From positions 1 through 28,262 of the IMG/VR virus record IMGVR_UViG_3300025424_000032: a DNA stretch of 28,262 nt. One strand, 5' to 3'. The DNA is from a virus. Taxonomy: Duplodnaviria; Caudoviricetes. The notes below the pieces were generated by a model, which was not told where the DNA came from, did no database searches, and saw only the letters and a list, made by a program, of their open reading frames with translations. The first letter of the stretch is position 1, and every line of letters begins with the position of its first letter. A program made the translations under genes and the position numbers. This document shows, in pieces, positions 9,442 through 17,106 of this stretch.

Positions 9442-10671
9442 TTAGAAGTTGTAGTACTGGGTTAAGCCAAACAAGCCGGTCGCTGACTGGACATTGTAAG
9501 CCTGTGGGATCTGACGGAACACGTATTTGTTCGTGCCAGTGGAAGGCGTTAGATTGACACCCGACGCATTCGCGAGATCAATCGTGCCGCGGACATCGCC
9601 CGTTGTTGCGGACGGTGTAGTACGATCAGCAGGTAAGAACCCGTTTGCAGCAAATGCCGTGTTGGCACCCACGGTAACCTGCGAGGCACCAGAGTTAACA
9701 ACGATTTCTGCAGCAGTGTCCGAACGAACAGGAAGACCAACAATTGCGGTTGTACCAACGGAATAGGCATGGGTAGCATCGGCAGCGTTAAGAACAACGC
9801 TCTTGATGTACTTAAATGCTTTCTTTCCGTTAACGGCGTTACCTGCCGAAATCGTAATGTTTTCCGACATTGGATATCCGTAGACATCGTAGCCGTTAAC
9901 AGTTGCGGTCGTAGCAGTAGCGCTTGCTGCAGCAGTAACGCTTACAGCGCGGCTAACCATGGCCATTGGGTTCCAAAGCCAAATAGATGGCGATTGGATG
10001 TTCGTCGGAATAGCGCACTGTTGCACGTTTGGATAAGCCAAAGTGACCGTACCAGACGTGAAAGTTACGTTCTGACTAAGCTGATAAGTACCAGTTTGTC
10101 CGTTACCAACCGTTGATGAAGTTCCCGTTGTCGTAATCTGAGAACCGATATAGACGCCAGAAGATGCACCAAGGGTTCCGCCCGTTACCGACGTAGATGA
10201 CGAGAGAAGAACCATACCCGGACCGATTGGCATGCCACTGTTTGCCGTAACCGTCAGAACGCCGTTCGTTGCCGAAGCGGTAACTGAAGCATAAGCATCA
10301 AGTGCAAGAACCGTATCCGTAACGCCTGTATCCGAACGCGTAAACGTGGACGAATAATAGACGCCAGTGGTCGCGGAGTTAGTCGAAACGAGCGTAAGAG
10401 TTGCACTCGTTGCGTTTGCAGAAGCCACAATGGCTGCCGCTGCGTTGGTGTATGGAACGCCAGTGAACGAAACAATGTCACTGAAGCCATACCATCCAAA
10501 ATCCTGCGCTGCCTGCGACTCACCCGGAAGGTAAGTAAATGGTTGGCGCGGATCAAGGATGCCGCCCCCCGCATAAAACAGCGAGGAGCCTAGATCTGGA
10601 TTGTAATCCGAAGGTTGCGTTGGGTTCTGCCCAAATACAATCAACGGACCGGAGAATGCGGTATCAGCCAT
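9442..10671 (-). CDS. Putative minor capsid/virion structural protein
   Basis: 409 aa, A/T/S/G-rich, directly downstream of the major capsid gene. 'VNGYDVYGYPMSENIT...GKKAFKYIKSV' and 'TATTGDVRGT'-like motifs. AAGGAG RBS. Confidence 0.6.
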   Translation of the reverse strand: MADTAFSGPLIVFGQNPTQPSDYNPDLGSSLFYAGGGILDPRQPFTYLPGESQAAQDFGWYGFSDIVSFTGVPYTNAAAAIVASANATSATLTLVSTNSATTGVYYSSTFTRSDTGVTDTVLALDAYASVTASATNGVLTVTANSGMPIGPGMVLLSSSTSVTGGTLGASSGVYIGSQITTTGTSSTVGNGQTGTYQLSQNVTFTSGTVTLAYPNVQQCAIPTNIQSPSIWLWNPMAMVSRAVSVTAAASATATTATVNGYDVYGYPMSENITISAGNAVNGKKAFKYIKSVVLNAADATHAYSVGTTAIVGLPVRSDTAAEIVVNSGASQVTVGANTAFAANGFLPADRTTPSATTGDVRGTIDLANASGVNLTPSTGTNKYVFRQIPQAYNVQSATGLFGLTQYYNF

Positions 10672-10683
10672 GGTGCCTTCTCC

Positions 10684-11598
10684 TTACGAGGTTGGGAATG
10701 AACCGTAAATCGAACGCCAGTTATAGTAACCGAACGAGTAACGCTCATAGCCCTTGACGAGCAAGTTGTCAGTGACGAAATCGACTTGCATGTCTGTTTC
10801 GAACTTAATGCGTTCCATATAGGCAAGACCATCAATGTTCGTGAGCAAGAACCATGCATAAGACGAGGTCAAGAAGTCGTTGACCATATAGCCTTCTGGC
10901 AAGCCGCCTGCAGTGGTCATGATCGCGTTGACATCGTTATCTGCAGTACCCGGACGCAATTCAGTCTTGAGAAGACGGATCGCAACTGGTTCTAACTGCG
11001 GAGGAACAATGAGTTTGCGGCCACGAGCGAAGACCTTCAAGTTAGCCTGATCGCGGAAGTTCGTGCGGATCGCAATCATTGCGTTCAACAAGGTGGCTTC
11101 GTTGAGGTCAACTTGGGTCGTTGGCGTATTGGCTACCGTGTTGCCGTCGATCGGATGCGAAGTGGAGCAAAGTGCAACACCGTCACCGCCAACTGCAGCA
11201 TTATAGGTCTGTGCCGTGTTCAAGATGTTCGCGCCGTAGATTTCCTTGGTCTGCTGGAAAGATTCAATCAGGCCGAGGTTCGAAGGCGTAAACTGGGTCT
11301 TGTAGAGGTTGTCGTCGATAGCTTTACGGGTGATTGCGTAGCCGAGTGCAATTTCCGTATGCTCTTGGTTAAACACAAAACGTTCACCAGCGCCCGAATC
11401 AAATGCAGTCTGACCACCTTCGGTCTTTAACTGGGCCAAACCGAGGTAACGCATTTCAGCGGTACGTTCGAGGGCCATCTTTGATTCATGCTTCGTGAAA
11501 ATCTTGTCGTACTGAGATGGGATCATCTCGTACTTGCCTTCTACGCCACGGAGACCGGGAAGGAGAAGGTCACGGATCTGTGAGAGATTAACAGCCAT
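10684..11598 (-). CDS. Major capsid protein (HK97 fold, Mu gpT-like family)
   Basis: 304 aa: 'LLLPGL', 'KTEGG...FD', 'H.EIALGYAITRKAIDDNLY', 'KLIVPPQLE..A.RLL', 'DNDVNA', 'GYERYSFG..NWRSIYGS'. Strong AAGGAG RBS. Lies after scaffold and decoration genes. Confidence 0.88.
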   Translation of the reverse strand: MAVNLSQIRDLLLPGLRGVEGKYEMIPSQYDKIFTKHESKMALERTAEMRYLGLAQLKTEGGQTAFDSGAGERFVFNQEHTEIALGYAITRKAIDDNLYKTQFTPSNLGLIESFQQTKEIYGANILNTAQTYNAAVGGDGVALCSTSHPIDGNTVANTPTTQVDLNEATLLNAMIAIRTNFRDQANLKVFARGRKLIVPPQLEPVAIRLLKTELRPGTADNDVNAIMTTAGGLPEGYMVNDFLTSSYAWFLLTNIDGLAYMERIKFETDMQVDFVTDNLLVKGYERYSFGYYNWRSIYGSFPTS

Positions 11599-11611
11599 GG
11601 AAGTCTACTCC

Positions 11612-12265
11612 TTACGAGATACCAGTGACAGCAGAGTTCGAACGCCAGACTTCGTTATTGAAGCCAACGATCAAGTTGCAGTACTGAGTGGTTTGATCTC
11701 CACCGTTTCCGAGGGAAACAGCATAATCGACAACGATGAAGGGCGAGGTATTTGTGGTGGCCGTAGCGTTTACATAAGCCGTTGAACGGCCGCTAAGGTT
11801 GTTACCACCGTTGGCGTTACCAGACGTTGCACCCGTTGAAGAGTAAGCAAACGTGACAAGCTGACCTTGGATACCAGAAGTCTGCGAGGTAGCCGTACCC
11901 GTTACAGGGAAGCCAGAACCCGAAGTCTGGACAACAAAACGTGCGTTAGGATCGTCAATGACATATGCCTCAACGTCGCCCGTTGCACCCGAACCCGGCC
12001 AATAGTTTGACCAGACAACGCGGTTGAGCGATGTGGAGAGATAACGGCAACCAACGAAGATACCAGCAAGCTGAACCGTACCACCTGCAGTTGCCTGCGT
12101 GATGTAGCCGTTAGCGGTTGAGGTTACAGGCTGTACTGGGTCACCAGTGAAAATGGCGGTTGTATTACCAGCGGCAATACGACGAGCGGATTGTGCGAAC
12201 GTTGGAGCTCCGCCTGCACCACCCTGATATTGTAAAAATCCGTAGGGCGCAAAAGTGTTCGCCAT
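11612..12265 (-). CDS. Putative capsid decoration/cement protein
   Basis: 'MAN..APYGF', 'IFTGDPV', 'GIFVGCRY', 'AYVIDDPNARFVVQ'. Immediately upstream of the MCP. AAAGGAG RBS. Confidence 0.65.
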   Translation of the reverse strand: MANTFAPYGFLQYQGGAGGAPTFAQSARRIAAGNTTAIFTGDPVQPVTSTANGYITQATAGGTVQLAGIFVGCRYLSTSLNRVVWSNYWPGSGATGDVEAYVIDDPNARFVVQTSGSGFPVTGTATSQTSGIQGQLVTFAYSSTGATSGNANGGNNLSGRSTAYVNATATTNTSPFIVVDYAVSLGNGGDQTTQYCNLIVGFNNEVWRSNSAVTGIS

Positions 12266-12295
12266 GACGGGTTCTCCTTTCAGAGAGTTCCAATC

Positions 12296-12355
12296 ATCGC
12301 GCGCCGGGGCGATTTAGAAACAGGTTAAAGATCAACCCTTCCACGCCGGGGGAAG
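12296..12355 (-). promoter_or_regulatory. Twin stem-loops with near-identical loops (CCCGGCGY) in the leader of the decoration/capsid operon
   Basis: Minus strand CTTCC-CCCGGCGT-GGAAG (12355-12338) and ATCGC-CCCGGCGC-GCGAT (12313-12296). Confidence 0.55.
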
Positions 12356-12374
12356 AGGAAACATATTATTACAG

Positions 12375-12409
12375 AAAAAAAACCAAAAGAAAAGGGGGCC
12401 GAAGCCCCC
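12375..12409 (-). terminator. Rho-independent terminator
   Basis: Minus strand GGGGGC-TTCG-GCCCCC then TTTTCTTTTGGTTTTTTTT. C(UUCG)G tetraloop right after the stop at 12413. Confidence 0.88.
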
Positions 12410-12412
12410 AAA

Positions 12413-12961
12413 TCAATCTGGTATTGGCATAGGCTCATAACTGCTCTTAATCTTTGGAGCAATTTGAGCGTCTTCGCGGCTAATAAGACCGCCTTTACCC
12501 TTTGGATCCAATTGGCCTTGCTTGATTTGGACCTGTTGACGGGCATTAAGATAGTCGCGGTGTTTGCGTTCTTCGGTAATTTCCAGAGGACGTTCGCACA
12601 GGACCATGCCTTCGCGTTCGATAGACCCCACATAGCCCTTGGGCATCATTTCAGGGTGTCTAAATGATTCGACAGGCTCCCAACCGCCAATAGTGATTCG
12701 GTTGTAGTGCGAGGGGTCTTCCCATCCCATAACCGACTTCATTTTCCACTCATAAGACCATCCATCCGGTGGGGTAGGGGTAGCAAATTTGTCTACGCCT
12801 TCGTCTAGATTGGCATTGTTATGCCCACGAAGTTCTGCCGCACGTCTTGCCGCCCGTTCACGGGGACTTTCTGATGCAACATCAGTACCTTCGCTTGTTT
12901 CTGGACGAGCCGTTGGCCGAATAGGGGGCCGTTCTTTTTTTTCTTCAGCGATATTTCTCAT
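12413..12961 (-). CDS. Conserved hypothetical head-module protein
   Basis: 182 aa: 'PPDGWSYEWK..SVMG', 'GWEPV...HPEM', 'IEREGMVLCERP'. Lies between scaffold and decoration genes. Confidence 0.65.
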   Translation of the reverse strand: MRNIAEEKKERPPIRPTARPETSEGTDVASESPRERAARRAAELRGHNNANLDEGVDKFATPTPPDGWSYEWKMKSVMGWEDPSHYNRITIGGWEPVESFRHPEMMPKGYVGSIEREGMVLCERPLEITEERKHRDYLNARQQVQIKQGQLDPKGKGGLISREDAQIAPKIKSSYEPMPIPD

Positions 12962-12969
12962 GGTTGTTC

Positions 12970-13896
12970 CTAACCTGCTATTTTACCTTCACGGAGAAGG
13001 GCTTGTTTTGATAATGCGTATTCACGATCGGTCATGCCAAGGTCTCGGGCGGTTTCCCGCTCAATTGCTGTAAGCCTGACAACGTTGGAATTAGGGTTTG
13101 TGCTTCCAGAACTTCCAGAACGAGACACTGGGGCCGCTGGAGGTGCAGAACGCCGTTGGGTAGGGGAAGAAGCCTCGGACATGGCGTTTTGTTCCGGTTC
13201 ACGTAAACGGGCTGGCTGTATATCCAACTTGCGTTCAACATATTGGAAGTATTCAGGCGTATCAGCTTTGATACCGCGGCGTACGGCCGAGTTATGGGCA
13301 TCAATCATATCCGCTTTAAGCGTTTCGTCCTTGGCATATTCAGGATGCGCCCTAATCCACTCCGCTGATTCGCGGGTTAACTGTGATGCAAATGCTTCTA
13401 CGGGATCAGAAGGTGTATAAGCAGGACGAACAGGTATTCTTGCTGCTTGTTCTGCCTGTATTTTGCCCCTTACAAGGTCACGAAGATCCAACTCCGCCTT
13501 TGTCATCGTTAATTGAATGTCGGCAGCGGCATCATAATCACCAACAGACAAAGCATCACGAAGATTTTGCTTTAAAATGTCCGTATTTCGCTTAACCGTA
13601 TCAATTGCACTGTCAATTAAACGTAAATTGGTGTCATTAACATCGTTTTGAGCAACAGCAAACCGTTCCGTTGCTTCATTGGCACGACGTTCAGCAATTT
13701 CACGAGCCTTGCGTTCTTCTTCAAGACGAGTTTTTAGTTCGTTTATACCATCTTCTACGGTTAATTCGTTTTTAGGACCGTTAAATGGTTCTTTTTCTGG
13801 CTCTTTTACCTCTACAACAATGATGTCGTCTTGTTTTTTCTCATTCTCAAGAGGTTCTAAATCCAGTTGGAGTTCTGGTTCATCATCTTTATTCAT
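12970..13896 (-). CDS. Putative capsid scaffolding protein
   Basis: Acidic N-terminus, long coiled coil, 'WIRAHP', 'PEYFQYVERKL', and C-terminal 'VRLTAIERETARDLGMTDREYA' capsid-binding-like helix. ATG at 13896 has an AAGGA RBS (the track starts at TTG 13902). Confidence 0.7.
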   Translation of the reverse strand: MNKDDEPELQLDLEPLENEKKQDDIIVVEVKEPEKEPFNGPKNELTVEDGINELKTRLEEERKAREIAERRANEATERFAVAQNDVNDTNLRLIDSAIDTVKRNTDILKQNLRDALSVGDYDAAADIQLTMTKAELDLRDLVRGKIQAEQAARIPVRPAYTPSDPVEAFASQLTRESAEWIRAHPEYAKDETLKADMIDAHNSAVRRGIKADTPEYFQYVERKLDIQPARLREPEQNAMSEASSPTQRRSAPPAAPVSRSGSSGSTNPNSNVVRLTAIERETARDLGMTDREYALSKQALLREGKIAG

Positions 13897-13905
13897 GGTC
13901 AATCC

Positions 13906-14298
13906 TTACCAAACATAATCCGGCGACTGAATACGCGCACGAATTGTATAATCTTCCAAAATACGGCACGGAGCACCGTTTACTGCTAACGCCCAACCAT
14001 CGGATGGACGGAAAACAACCCAATCGCCTTCTTTGATAGATACATCCTTAAACCATTCGCCTTTTTCATCTTTAAAAGCGACAGGACCAACCTTTAATAC
14101 CAAGCCAACTTTGCCTTGATACTTGTCTTCATCAACGGTTTTGTCGGTGAGAATGATGCCGGATTTGGTTTTGGTTGGACGGATATAGATACCAACAAGG
14201 ATTTGGTTGTTAAAAAGTTGAAAGTCTTTGAGATCACCAATTGCTTCTTTAATTTCAACTGATGGGTCTACTGTGTGTTCCATCTTCATAGGAGGCAT
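13906..14298 (-). CDS. groES: Phage-encoded co-chaperonin GroES (Cpn10)
   Basis: 'NQILV...KTKSGIILTD' mobile loop, 'GLVLKVGP', 'IKEGDWVVF', 'RILEDYTIRARI' match the Cpn10 pattern. Confidence 0.88.
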   Translation of the reverse strand: MPPMKMEHTVDPSVEIKEAIGDLKDFQLFNNQILVGIYIRPTKTKSGIILTDKTVDEDKYQGKVGLVLKVGPVAFKDEKGEWFKDVSIKEGDWVVFRPSDGWALAVNGAPCRILEDYTIRARIQSPDYVW

Positions 14299-14309
14299 TT
14301 ATTTATTCC

Positions 14310-14510
14310 TTAACGCATTTTGCTTAAAATGTTGTTGGCTTCGTCCATAAATTCAAGGGCTAGGGCTAAACCCTGCACCATGCCAACTGCTTTTTTATAC
14401 TCGTCGTATGAATTAGCAGAACCACCCGCAAGGTTGTCCCGTGCCGTTTGATAGGCTTCAGATATTAGTTTTTTCAGTTCTTTTTCAAACTGGTCTTTAC
14501 TCGTTAACAT
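14310..14510 (-). CDS. Small helical hypothetical protein preceding groES
   Basis: 66 aa, 'LAGG.ANSYDEYKKAVGMVQGL'. GAGGGG RBS. Confidence 0.7.
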   Translation of the reverse strand: MLTSKDQFEKELKKLISEAYQTARDNLAGGSANSYDEYKKAVGMVQGLALALEFMDEANNILSKMR

Positions 14511-14616
14511 TCCAGACCCCTCTGGTTAGTACCCCTCTTGAATGGCTGGACCGGACGCCAGAGGGGTTAAAAGCGCCCGGCCCTCCTCTCATCGGATGGG
14601 AGACACACCCGAGAAA
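14511..14616 (-). promoter_or_regulatory. Structured 5' leader RNA (hairpin + putative SD-sequestering pseudoknot)
   Basis: 11-bp stem 14583-14573/14558-14548 with two G-U pairs that form only on the minus strand. Its loop ACCCCUCUG is complementary to the SD region CAGAGGGGU (14524-14516). An upstream hairpin UCGGGUG/CAUCCGA is also present. Confidence 0.6.
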
Positions 14617-14624
14617 AGTATTAT

Positions 14625-17090
14625 TTAACGAGATTCATAGTAGGCCCTTCGTTCACTATCCGACATCATGTCCAAAGTATTTTTTTGTGTCCTTGGCATA
14701 GGACTATATTTTGGTGGAGTATAATTGTCATATCGACGTTGCCAACCAGCGTGTTCTTCCGTTCCGGGCGGATGCGGATTTGGTGTTTTTTGAGATGTAC
14801 CCATATCCCTTGCAGCGGCAATTTGAGGATAATCTCGAATCATTTTATCATGCTGTTCATAAAATTCTTTTAAACGACCACCAGAATTACGACCTCTTGG
14901 TGTTTCGAGACCGTAGGCTTCTATTTTTTCCAATCGAGCATTGGCACCACCTGAACCCGTATCAATTGGATAGGCGCGGCCACCTGTCTTGCGGCCCATA
15001 GGCAAAGGCATTTGAGGCATAGCCGGACGAGAACCGCCCATCTGTGGCATCTGAGAACCGCCCATAAAAGGCGCTCCCGGCTGCATACCGCCTATTGGAC
15101 GAGGCATTTGGGGCATGCTACCTTGTTGTGGATATCCCGACATACCACCTATTGGACGAGGCATTTGGGGCATCTGAGGCATTCCGCCTTGTTGTGGATA
15201 TCCTGACATACCGCCAATTGGACGAGGCATTTGGGGCATTCCGCCCATAGTCTGCGAACCACCTGCAAAATTTCCGCCAAACGCTTTAGCAATACGCCCA
15301 CCCTTTTTAAATGCGCCGGGCATTCCGCCTTGCGGAGGCATACCCTGTGGAGGCATACCTTGTGGAGGCATACCCTGTGGCATTGGTGGTTGTTGTTGAG
15401 GAATACGAGGCGACGCAGAAGCATTAGGAAGCGGAGCACCACCCATCATGCCAGTAGGCTGCTGACCTTTACCTGCAGCAATAATGATGTTGACGTTGGT
15501 TTTACCCTTGGTTTTTCCGCCCGCTGCATGAGCCATACGGCCACCCGGAACTACACCCGGTACTTTTTCCTTAGAATTACCGTCAAACACACCACCGCCG
15601 GAATACTTGCCCATGCGGCCACCCATGCACTTTTTGCAAGAGCAATCCTCATGATGCATCGCTTTTCCACCATCGGCGCGGCGGCTAAATGGCTTGTCAA
15701 AGTAATTTAAGTCGGGACCAGACATATCACCACGAGCCATAGCGGCTTCGCGTCTCGGATCCATTTTACCTTGGGCCTGCAACCGACGTTGGGCGGCTAA
15801 TTGTTGTCCAGCCCGTGTTCCTGCATCCTCTGCCTTTTTAATCAACTCTTGCAAAGGAGTTAATTTTGTTGGGCCGCCATCTGCCTTAAACGCTTTAGGC
15901 TTAAGGATCTTGTGCATCAATTCTTTATCCTGTGCCTCGTCTGAATGGCTTGCTTTACCACCATGCTTGCGGCCAGTTTTTTGTTTTGTTTCTTTTGAGA
16001 ACGCCAAGAAGTCAGGTTGTTTACCACCACGCTTCATCAATTCCGTCATGGTTTTGATGTCGGCTTTTGTACCCATTAATTTGTTCATGCCGGGTTCAGA
16101 AGCCATGTGCTCGCCATGCTCGCCATATTCTGACGGGTGATACATGCCCTGTGGATACATTGACTTGCGTACGTTCTTCATCATGGCTTTTTGAACTTCG
16201 CCACCCGACGCGTGATGCATGCCACGTAAAGTTTCAGCAAGATGTGCCTTCTTGGCAAGTTTGCCACCCTTTTCTTCGGCTGCATGCAGCTTTTTCATAG
16301 GGATTTTCTTGCCTTCAGGAACCTTTAACGCCTTATGGAGCGAGCCGGGATGCTTAATAGCGTCCTGTATCCACTTGACCTTGTGGCCATCGGTTTTACC
16401 GCCGTGTTTACGGGCCATAGGATAATCAGGAGACTGCCGTGGGTTACGTGAAAGCATTTCAGTAATTTGAGCAGCACCCTCGCTATAATCTGGGCCAGTA
16501 TAGTAACGATCTACTGACACATTAGGATTATAGTCTTGTTCAATACCCGTTGGTTTGAATGGCTTTGGCGCTTCCTTTTTTTCAATTGGCAAATATGAAA
16601 GGTCCGTACCGCCTTTGGCTTTATGAGCACGGCCACCCTTTTTCATCATGCCAGCGGCTTTGCCCATCATCTCGTTTTGTTGACCCACTGGGTTCATGCC
16701 AATAGGACCGCCACCTAGTTTTTGTGCCTTGCCACCCTTTTTAAACGCACCTTCGTGCTTTACGCCTTCGCGCATATCATTAGCCATCCGCACGTCACGG
16801 TTAATCAAATCATCAACCCATGGTGCCTTGTGCTCTGCCTTACCACCGCTCTTACGAGGTTTACGATCGGCACGGAACTCTGCCTTTTTGCCTTCTGCTT
16901 TCCCAACGACCTTGCCGCCCTTCTTATAAAGACGCTTTACAAGGGGACGAGCGCCCGTTTTCTTGTCAGCTTCTAACAGGGGGGCGGGTGACCATGAAGA
17001 CGAATCAACCTTTTCGCTAGGATCCGCGGATGTGAGGCGCTTGGCTTTAGCCCTCATTGCATTCCGCGCAGTTTTGGCGGCTTCAGACAT
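14625..17090 (-). CDS. Large K/G/M/P/Q-rich low-complexity protein with ~18 x[KA]xGG-type motifs (putative internal virion protein/polyprotein)
   Basis: About 821 aa from ATG 17090 with a GGAG RBS (the track starts at TTG 17102). Lies between the portal region and groES/scaffold. Confidence 0.7.
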   Translation of the reverse strand: MSEAAKTARNAMRAKAKRLTSADPSEKVDSSSWSPAPLLEADKKTGARPLVKRLYKKGGKVVGKAEGKKAEFRADRKPRKSGGKAEHKAPWVDDLINRDVRMANDMREGVKHEGAFKKGGKAQKLGGGPIGMNPVGQQNEMMGKAAGMMKKGGRAHKAKGGTDLSYLPIEKKEAPKPFKPTGIEQDYNPNVSVDRYYTGPDYSEGAAQITEMLSRNPRQSPDYPMARKHGGKTDGHKVKWIQDAIKHPGSLHKALKVPEGKKIPMKKLHAAEEKGGKLAKKAHLAETLRGMHHASGGEVQKAMMKNVRKSMYPQGMYHPSEYGEHGEHMASEPGMNKLMGTKADIKTMTELMKRGGKQPDFLAFSKETKQKTGRKHGGKASHSDEAQDKELMHKILKPKAFKADGGPTKLTPLQELIKKAEDAGTRAGQQLAAQRRLQAQGKMDPRREAAMARGDMSGPDLNYFDKPFSRRADGGKAMHHEDCSCKKCMGGRMGKYSGGGVFDGNSKEKVPGVVPGGRMAHAAGGKTKGKTNVNIIIAAGKGQQPTGMMGGAPLPNASASPRIPQQQPPMPQGMPPQGMPPQGMPPQGGMPGAFKKGGRIAKAFGGNFAGGSQTMGGMPQMPRPIGGMSGYPQQGGMPQMPQMPRPIGGMSGYPQQGSMPQMPRPIGGMQPGAPFMGGSQMPQMGGSRPAMPQMPLPMGRKTGGRAYPIDTGSGGANARLEKIEAYGLETPRGRNSGGRLKEFYEQHDKMIRDYPQIAAARDMGTSQKTPNPHPPGTEEHAGWQRRYDNYTPPKYSPMPRTQKNTLDMMSDSERRAYYESR
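15083..15385 (-). repeat. Coding tandem repeats: MPQMPRPIGGM(SGYPQQG) x3 and PQGMP x4
   Basis: DNA 'attggacgaggcatttggggcat' occurs three times, and a 15-bp 'tggaggcatacc(c/t)tg' unit is repeated. Confidence 0.85.
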
Positions 17091-17106
17091 ATGATTCTCC
17101 AAGGAG

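Noticed and set aside
12325-12633. 102-aa minus-strand alternative ORF
   Set aside because: Overlaps the 182-aa gene out of frame and runs through a terminator.
14548-14583. SAM-II riboswitch-like 'UUUAACC' loop
   Set aside because: The remaining SAM-II consensus (UUGCAAG, GCUAAA) is absent and the downstream genes are unrelated to methionine. Kept only as an unnamed structure.
14625-17090. RKSGGKA / RKTGGRA resemble the histone H3 tail (RKSTGGKA)
   Set aside because: Short low-complexity similarity with no histone fold. The host is bacterial, and the general GG motif explains it better.
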